This document shows, piece by piece, positions 59,093 to 64,000 of a stretch of 64,000 nt of DNA. The notes below the pieces were generated by a model, which did not search any database, had not been told where the DNA came from, and worked only from the letters and a program-made list of their open reading frames with translations. The DNA lies in the NCBI GenBank assembly GCA_963727455.1, contig CAVSGG010000008.1:384001-448000 (forward strand), read 5' to 3'. Position 1 is the first letter of the stretch. Each line of letters opens with the position of its first letter. Origin of the DNA: Candidatus Krumholzibacteriota bacterium. Its GTDB lineage: Bacteria > Krumholzibacteriota > Krumholzibacteriia > JAJRXK01. Both the position numbers and the translations under genes were made by a program.

Positions 59093-59521
59093 TCAGGCTT
59101 GTAGAGCCCGCTTCTTCTCGATGACGGTCGCCATGTCGGCCAGACTCATCTGGCTGAGCTGTCCGAAGAAACTGTCGCGCAACTCGCTCCATGTTTCATG
59201 CAGTGGGCAGGGAGCTTCGTCGCTGCACTCGTCCAGGCCCAGCACACAGCGGGCGCTGTTGTGACCCGGTTCGAGGATCGCAATGACCTCTTCCGCCGTG
59301 AGACTCTCCGGATCCCGTGCGAGTGCGAACCCACCCCCCGGTCCCTTGGTGGAGCGGACCAAACCGTGTCCGGCCAGCTGCTGGAGGATCTTGGCCAAAT
59401 AGTGGCGCGGAATGGACTCCACTTCGGCGATCTCCCTCACGAGACAGGGACCGTCCTCACGGTGGATGGCGAGATAGATGAGTGCGCGAATTCCGTATTC
59501 ACACGAACTGGAGAACAACAA
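59093..59521 (-). CDS. Rrf2 family transcriptional regulator (3 Cys, putative Fe-S)
   Basis: EYGIRAL, YLAKILQQL, STKGPGGGFAL, CVLGLDECSDEAPCPLH. Confidence 0.93.
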   Translation of the reverse strand: MLFSSSCEYGIRALIYLAIHREDGPCLVREIAEVESIPRHYLAKILQQLAGHGLVRSTKGPGGGFALARDPESLTAEEVIAILEPGHNSARCVLGLDECSDEAPCPLHETWSELRDSFFGQLSQMSLADMATVIEKKRALQA

Positions 59522-59677
59522 GGTTTCCCCCTCATACCCTCAAGGGTGCCTGGAGATCACAAGAGAATGCAGGATATTCTACCCATTTTCTCGTGCGATG
59601 CACCCGAAAAGAATCAAAAAATGCGCGCCAGCGCCCTCTTTTCTTCTCTCTACGAGGAACGGGGCCGACGCTCCAAG

Positions 59678-61222
59678 TCAGACTGCCGCGACGATCTCCG
59701 GATCGAGCTCAGGCCAGCGGGCCATGTACTCCGCTCTCTCCTTGCGCAAGCGTTCCACGTGCTCCTTGTATTCCTCCATACGACCCGCGCGCTCATAGAG
59801 CTGCCGTGGCCGCAAGAGTTCCCCGTCCTCCTCGGGGAAACCGGGAACGGAGCTGGCTATCTGGTAGCCGAAATCGGGATCTTCCTCCCACTCGATCGTT
59901 CCCTCGGCGATGGCTTTCACCACCGCGGAGGAATGAGGAATCTTCACCTTCTTGCTTCCGCTCTGAGCCTCGGCTCCTCCCACTCGTCCCGTGCTCATGA
60001 GATAGACTTCCATGGGACAGTTCTTGAGCAGCTCGTGGAATCGATTTCCCTGCTCGGCTTGGAGCCGCGGGAAGAAGGGATTCGTGCCGGGAACTCGCAA
60101 GCTCTTGCCCGCTTCTTCCTTTCCCCCCGCGCTGGTCCCTTTGGTCTCCCCCAACATGAAGTAGGCTGCGGCCTGCACCGGCGAGAGTTTGGCGACGGCG
60201 GGAATGATGTGCTCGTTGCGGTTGAGGATGAGCAGAAAATCCGCCTTGCCCAAATCGCGCGCATCGGCGGCGTCTTTGACCTGACTCATGGCGAAGACGG
60301 CTCGTCCGTTCTGCGTATAGCTCGTGTCGAAGAAGTCCAACTTACCCTGATCGCCCTGGCTCACGTTCTCCAGCCAGGCGTCGGGCTGGGTGACGGCCCC
60401 ATAGATGGTGGGCTCGAATTCGGGATCCAGACCGAAGGTCTTTGCGAAGCAACCATTCTCGGTGGAGTAGACGACTCCTCCCGGCATCAACGCTACGAAA
60501 TCGTCCTGCACCGGCTGGCTGTGATTTTGGGAGGTGAAGGTCGTCGTGGTCTTGCCCGTTCCCGAGAGACCGACGATCAGCCCCACTCTCTTCTTGTCTT
60601 TCACGGGAATGACCTTGCATCCGGCGTGCAAGGCGAGACCTCCGCGCTCGTAGACCATGTTGTTCCACATGCGCAGACCACCCTTCTTGGACTCGCCGAA
60701 ATAGTCGCTGTTGCACACGCGAGTGATTCGACGGTCCAAGTCCACCGAGATGATCCGGTCGTTGGGATAGCCCTTCACCGCCAAGCGAGGAGTGTAGATC
60801 ACGGTGAGCTCGGGCTCGAAATCCTCGGTACCCGGCGAAGCAGGATCGTAGTACAGCGTCTGTTGCATCACCGCGATGTTCGCCGCAGAACGGTCGATGA
60901 TGAGGCGAGCCGCAGTGCGAAAATTCCTATCGTTGCCGATGTAGCCATCGATGACGATCATATCGCAGTCCTTGATGTGCTCGTCCTGCAGTGCCGCGAC
61001 CCGAGCCCCCTCTTCCCGGCTGATGCACGGGTCGGAGTGTTGCTCGGGGTGATCGGTGACGAGGAAGGTGCTGGACTTGCTGCGGGCAGTGGCCTTGGTG
61101 GCGACGTTGAAATTGTCGAACTCGGTGAGCCGAGAGTTCTTCATCTCGGACACCATCTTTCGAAGTTCTTCACGACTGGGATTGAAGTGGATTTTCCGAG
61201 CCTGGATGGGCAGCTTCGCCAT
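59678..61222 (-). CDS. pckA: Phosphoenolpyruvate carboxykinase (ATP)
   Basis: YFGESKKG, LHAG, GLSGTGKTT, QDD, ENGCFAK, TQNGRA. Confidence 0.92.
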   Translation of the reverse strand: MAKLPIQARKIHFNPSREELRKMVSEMKNSRLTEFDNFNVATKATARSKSSTFLVTDHPEQHSDPCISREEGARVAALQDEHIKDCDMIVIDGYIGNDRNFRTAARLIIDRSAANIAVMQQTLYYDPASPGTEDFEPELTVIYTPRLAVKGYPNDRIISVDLDRRITRVCNSDYFGESKKGGLRMWNNMVYERGGLALHAGCKVIPVKDKKRVGLIVGLSGTGKTTTTFTSQNHSQPVQDDFVALMPGGVVYSTENGCFAKTFGLDPEFEPTIYGAVTQPDAWLENVSQGDQGKLDFFDTSYTQNGRAVFAMSQVKDAADARDLGKADFLLILNRNEHIIPAVAKLSPVQAAAYFMLGETKGTSAGGKEEAGKSLRVPGTNPFFPRLQAEQGNRFHELLKNCPMEVYLMSTGRVGGAEAQSGSKKVKIPHSSAVVKAIAEGTIEWEEDPDFGYQIASSVPGFPEEDGELLRPRQLYERAGRMEEYKEHVERLRKERAEYMARWPELDPEIVAAV

Positions 61223-61333
61223 GGTTCCTCCGGAATGAGTCGTTCCTGAAGTCGCGGGGGGAGCTCGTCAGCAGAGGACGAGAATTCGGCCCGAACGTCC
61301 GTATGTCGCCCCTATCGTAGAGGATGGTATGCA

Positions 61334-63112
61334 GTGACGCAACTGGCGCGCGAAGAGAGCCCGGCTCCGATCTGGCGCTGGTCGTGGGGGCTCATCGCCC
61401 TCACCGCCCTCCTGGCCCATCTCCCCGCTCTGGGTGGCTACTTCTTCCAGGATGATTGGACGCGACTCGCAGCTCTCGTGCACGGGGGAGGCGCTGGACT
61501 CTGGGGTCCGCGGCCCCTCTCGCGGGTCGTGGGCTTCGAACTGGGCCTCGCCTTCTTCGGCCTGCGCGCCGCCGCGTGGCATGCGACCGCCCTCTGTGCC
61601 TGGGCCGCGGCCAGTGTGCTTACGCAGAAGCTCGGGCTACGGATGGGATTGCGTCCCTTCGCGGCCCTGGTGGCCGGCCTCATCACGGCCGCCACTCCCG
61701 TGGTGCTCTTGCCCGTCTTCTGGGCCAGCGCCTCGGCGGAGATCTTCGCGGTGCTCTTTGGCCTGCTCGCCCTTGGGGCTTGGCTCCATCCGCACCGGCT
61801 GGGGGGGATGGTCGCGGTTCTGGCCGGCCTGGCCTCCTTCTTTTGCAAGGAATCCCTCCTCGCTCTTCCCCTGCTCTTGATGCTGCTTCCGCGCACACTC
61901 CTCCCAAGCGAGGGGGCTTCGCGCGCGTGGCGGCGCTGGGCCCTCGTCGTGCTACTCGTGGGAGCCGCGACGGCGGGCGGCTTGGTGTGGAAGATCATGG
62001 CCCCGGCCACTCCTCACGATCCCTACGCCATGGGGGGACCCAGACTCTGGCTGATGAACTTGCTCGTACTGGGAGCATGGCTCATCTCTCCCGTCTCCTT
62101 CGCTCTTCTGGCCACACCCTCTCTGCCCTTCTTCGGAGCCCTGGTTTGGGCGGCATGGGTGGCCCTGGCCATCCGCCAGGCACGCGCGGGAAGGCGGCGC
62201 GAAAGTTGGTGGCTGCTCTTTGCGTTGGGAAGCCTGGCGCCCGTGCTGCCCCTGGCCCGTCACCTTCAGCCTTACTATTTGCTGGGCACCGTTCCCGCGT
62301 TTGCCTGGAGCGTTGGAGGCGCTCTAGATCTGCTGCAGGAACGCGCCCCCCTGCGGCCTCGCCTACAGCCGCTGCTCGCCGCTCTCCTTGCATTCGTGGC
62401 CCTGGGCGTGGGTTATGGCGCGAGTGCACGGCGTTTCGAGGCGCGGGACGCACGCGGCCAACTCGAAAACCCCCTCGCGCTTCGTAGCGCTCTGGCTTAT
62501 GAGGTCGCCGGCCTGGTGGGGAGTCTGCCTCTTCAACCCGGGGAGACCCTGGCCGTATTGGCCGCCACCGCGACCGAGTGGCCCAAGGAGATGCCGGTTC
62601 GAATGGCCCAGCGCCTCAATTCGAAGATCTACGTGGCCATCGATGGAGCGAAGGGTCTGAGCGTCATGGTGCCGCAAGGAGTTTCGGTCCGCTGGGATAG
62701 TCACCTCGACGGACTGCGCGCCGACAGCATGATTCTCTTCGACAATGGCGGGACGCATCTGCGCGTCTGGGGAAGAGTTCGCAATGCGCGCTTCTACTCG
62801 GCCCTGTTGGCGATGGCGGCACAACAATACCAACGCGCTCTGCACGATCTCTGGGTGGTGGGCGGAAAGGGAACGCAACTCGACTTCGTTTACCAGCCGG
62901 AGCTATTGCCAGTCGCCGGCAGTGCGATCGACGAGAACGCGAGCCCCTTCGTGCACTACATCTTGAGCCACGAGGATGACACGGCCCTGGCCCGTCGCCT
63001 GGTCCTTCTCTTCGAACAGCTCTACAAAGCGGTGCGCGGGAAGGAGCTGCACTGGGCAAGCGATCCGACGGGACACTCCTCGCCCGATCCTGCGGATTCC
63101 GACGGCCCCTAG
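61334..63112 (+). CDS. Polytopic membrane protein, GT-C/PMT-like
   Basis: FFQDDW acidic loop, RPLS, CKES motif, about 10 TMs, soluble C-terminal domain. Confidence 0.65.
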   Translation: MTQLAREESPAPIWRWSWGLIALTALLAHLPALGGYFFQDDWTRLAALVHGGGAGLWGPRPLSRVVGFELGLAFFGLRAAAWHATALCAWAAASVLTQKLGLRMGLRPFAALVAGLITAATPVVLLPVFWASASAEIFAVLFGLLALGAWLHPHRLGGMVAVLAGLASFFCKESLLALPLLLMLLPRTLLPSEGASRAWRRWALVVLLVGAATAGGLVWKIMAPATPHDPYAMGGPRLWLMNLLVLGAWLISPVSFALLATPSLPFFGALVWAAWVALAIRQARAGRRRESWWLLFALGSLAPVLPLARHLQPYYLLGTVPAFAWSVGGALDLLQERAPLRPRLQPLLAALLAFVALGVGYGASARRFEARDARGQLENPLALRSALAYEVAGLVGSLPLQPGETLAVLAATATEWPKEMPVRMAQRLNSKIYVAIDGAKGLSVMVPQGVSVRWDSHLDGLRADSMILFDNGGTHLRVWGRVRNARFYSALLAMAAQQYQRALHDLWVVGGKGTQLDFVYQPELLPVAGSAIDENASPFVHYILSHEDDTALARRLVLLFEQLYKAVRGKELHWASDPTGHSSPDPADSDGP

Positions 63113-64000
63113 GGCCAATCCAAGGGGGGTGGCCAAACCACCGAACTCGGGCGCGTGCGACGCGGCACGAGTACCCGCAGGCCTCCCGGTTCGATTCGCG
63201 CGTGGAATTCTCTTCGGTCCCCCTGGTCATCCCCGTCGAGCTGGAGGGGGATGGGATGCTCGCAGCGTACGCTCACCTCCCGTCCTCGAAGGAGGGTGAG
63301 ACCACCGTGCGGGCGCGGCCGTGCGCCGAACGATGCAGCGGCCAGGGTCACGACCTGTTCGAAGGTCTGGGCCCGGATGATGGCCACATCCAGCATGCCG
63401 TCCTGTCCGTCCGCTTCGGGCGGAAAGATCCAGTTTCCCATCTGAGTTCCGAAGTTGGCGACCATGACCGAGGCGGCGGTGATTTCGTGTTCGGCATCAT
63501 CCACCGTAACGGTAAAAGCGTGGTGGTTGATGGGAAGGTGCCGGGCAGCGCTGATGACATAGGCGGACTTGCCCAAGACGTTTTTCAGTTCACGTCCGGC
63601 CTCGCGGATGAGATGGCCATCGAAACCGCCGCCGATGGCCAAGAGAAATGGCTCCTCGGCGCTGCGTCCGAGATCGACTCGCCGTGGGACCCCTTCTTTC
63701 ACGAGCCGCAGGGCCGAGCGCAGTCCCATCGGGATACCGAGCCGCAGCGCCATCACGTTTCCGGTTCCAGACGGAACGATGACCAGAGGACGAGAACTGT
63801 TTGCCAGAACGCGGGAGGCCCGCTGCAGGGTTCCGTCGCCGCCGATGACTACGACCGGTCCTTCGGACTGGTCCTCCTCGAGTATGCGGTCGGCGTCGAA
63901 CTCGATTTGGGTGGAACGCCATTCGTCCGGCAGTCCCTCCTCGCGCAGTACTTTTCGTAACCTGCTCTCGTCGATCCGTCGCAGATTTCCGCCCGCCGCG
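63109..64000 (-). CDS. Diacylglycerol kinase family lipid kinase (5' partial)
   Basis: Frame open to the window end: AAGG, VIGGDGT, GTGNVMA, VDLG, GGGFDG, DGMLDV, QLDGD. Confidence 0.9.
   Translation of the reverse strand, partial: AAGGNLRRIDESRLRKVLREEGLPDEWRSTQIEFDADRILEEDQSEGPVVVIGGDGTLQRASRVLANSSRPLVIVPSGTGNVMALRLGIPMGLRSALRLVKEGVPRRVDLGRSAEEPFLLAIGGGFDGHLIREAGRELKNVLGKSAYVISAARHLPINHHAFTVTVDDAEHEITAASVMVANFGTQMGNWIFPPEADGQDGMLDVAIIRAQTFEQVVTLAAASFGARPRPHGGLTLLRGREVSVRCEHPIPLQLDGDDQGDRREFHARIEPGGLRVLVPRRTRPSSVVWPPPLDWP

Noticed and set aside
59198-61249. 683-aa plus-strand ORF opposite pckA and rrf2
   Set aside because: Antisense shadow of two well-supported genes.
1-64000. tRNA, rRNA, CRISPR arrays, IS elements, prophage, Sec/Pyl recoding
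   Set aside because: By eye I saw no cloverleaf, spaced direct repeats, transposase/integrase motifs or stop-interrupted conserved domains. Small ncRNAs cannot be excluded without an Infernal search.

Overview
GC-rich bacterial chromosomal segment with about 47 protein genes. I found no rRNA, tRNA, CRISPR array, prophage or IS element. A FlgD/T9SS-like Ig C-terminal domain and an S[W/F]GxxK-type tail suggest an FCB-group lineage such as Krumholzibacteriota/Latescibacterota (inference). Contents in order: mscS, a lipoprotein, a ferritin-like protein, a group II PLP decarboxylase, trpS-TPR-addB-addA, a divergent transketolase, a complete 7-gene reductive pyrimidine catabolism operon, a secreted papain-like FlgD-Ig protein, a sigma54-driven pilin, methyltransferases, an M23 peptidase, ferredoxin, speD, a DAACS symporter, a signalling-rich block (35-49 kb), glycosyltransferases, MarR, queF, a beta-barrel OMP, NlpC/P60, Rrf2, pckA and a partial lipid kinase. 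Most notable points: (i) a sigma54 enhancer module in which two GTGTC-N6-GACAC palindromes and a -24/-12 promoter link an SBP-like/NtrY/NtrX operon to a TPR gene; (ii) a LytS-type kinase whose phosphoacceptor His appears replaced by Glu; (iii) a degenerate RsbW-like protein coupled to a kinase with a large insertion; (iv) a GT2 fused in frame to an exported domain. All family calls come from motif recognition by eye; no database searches were run.
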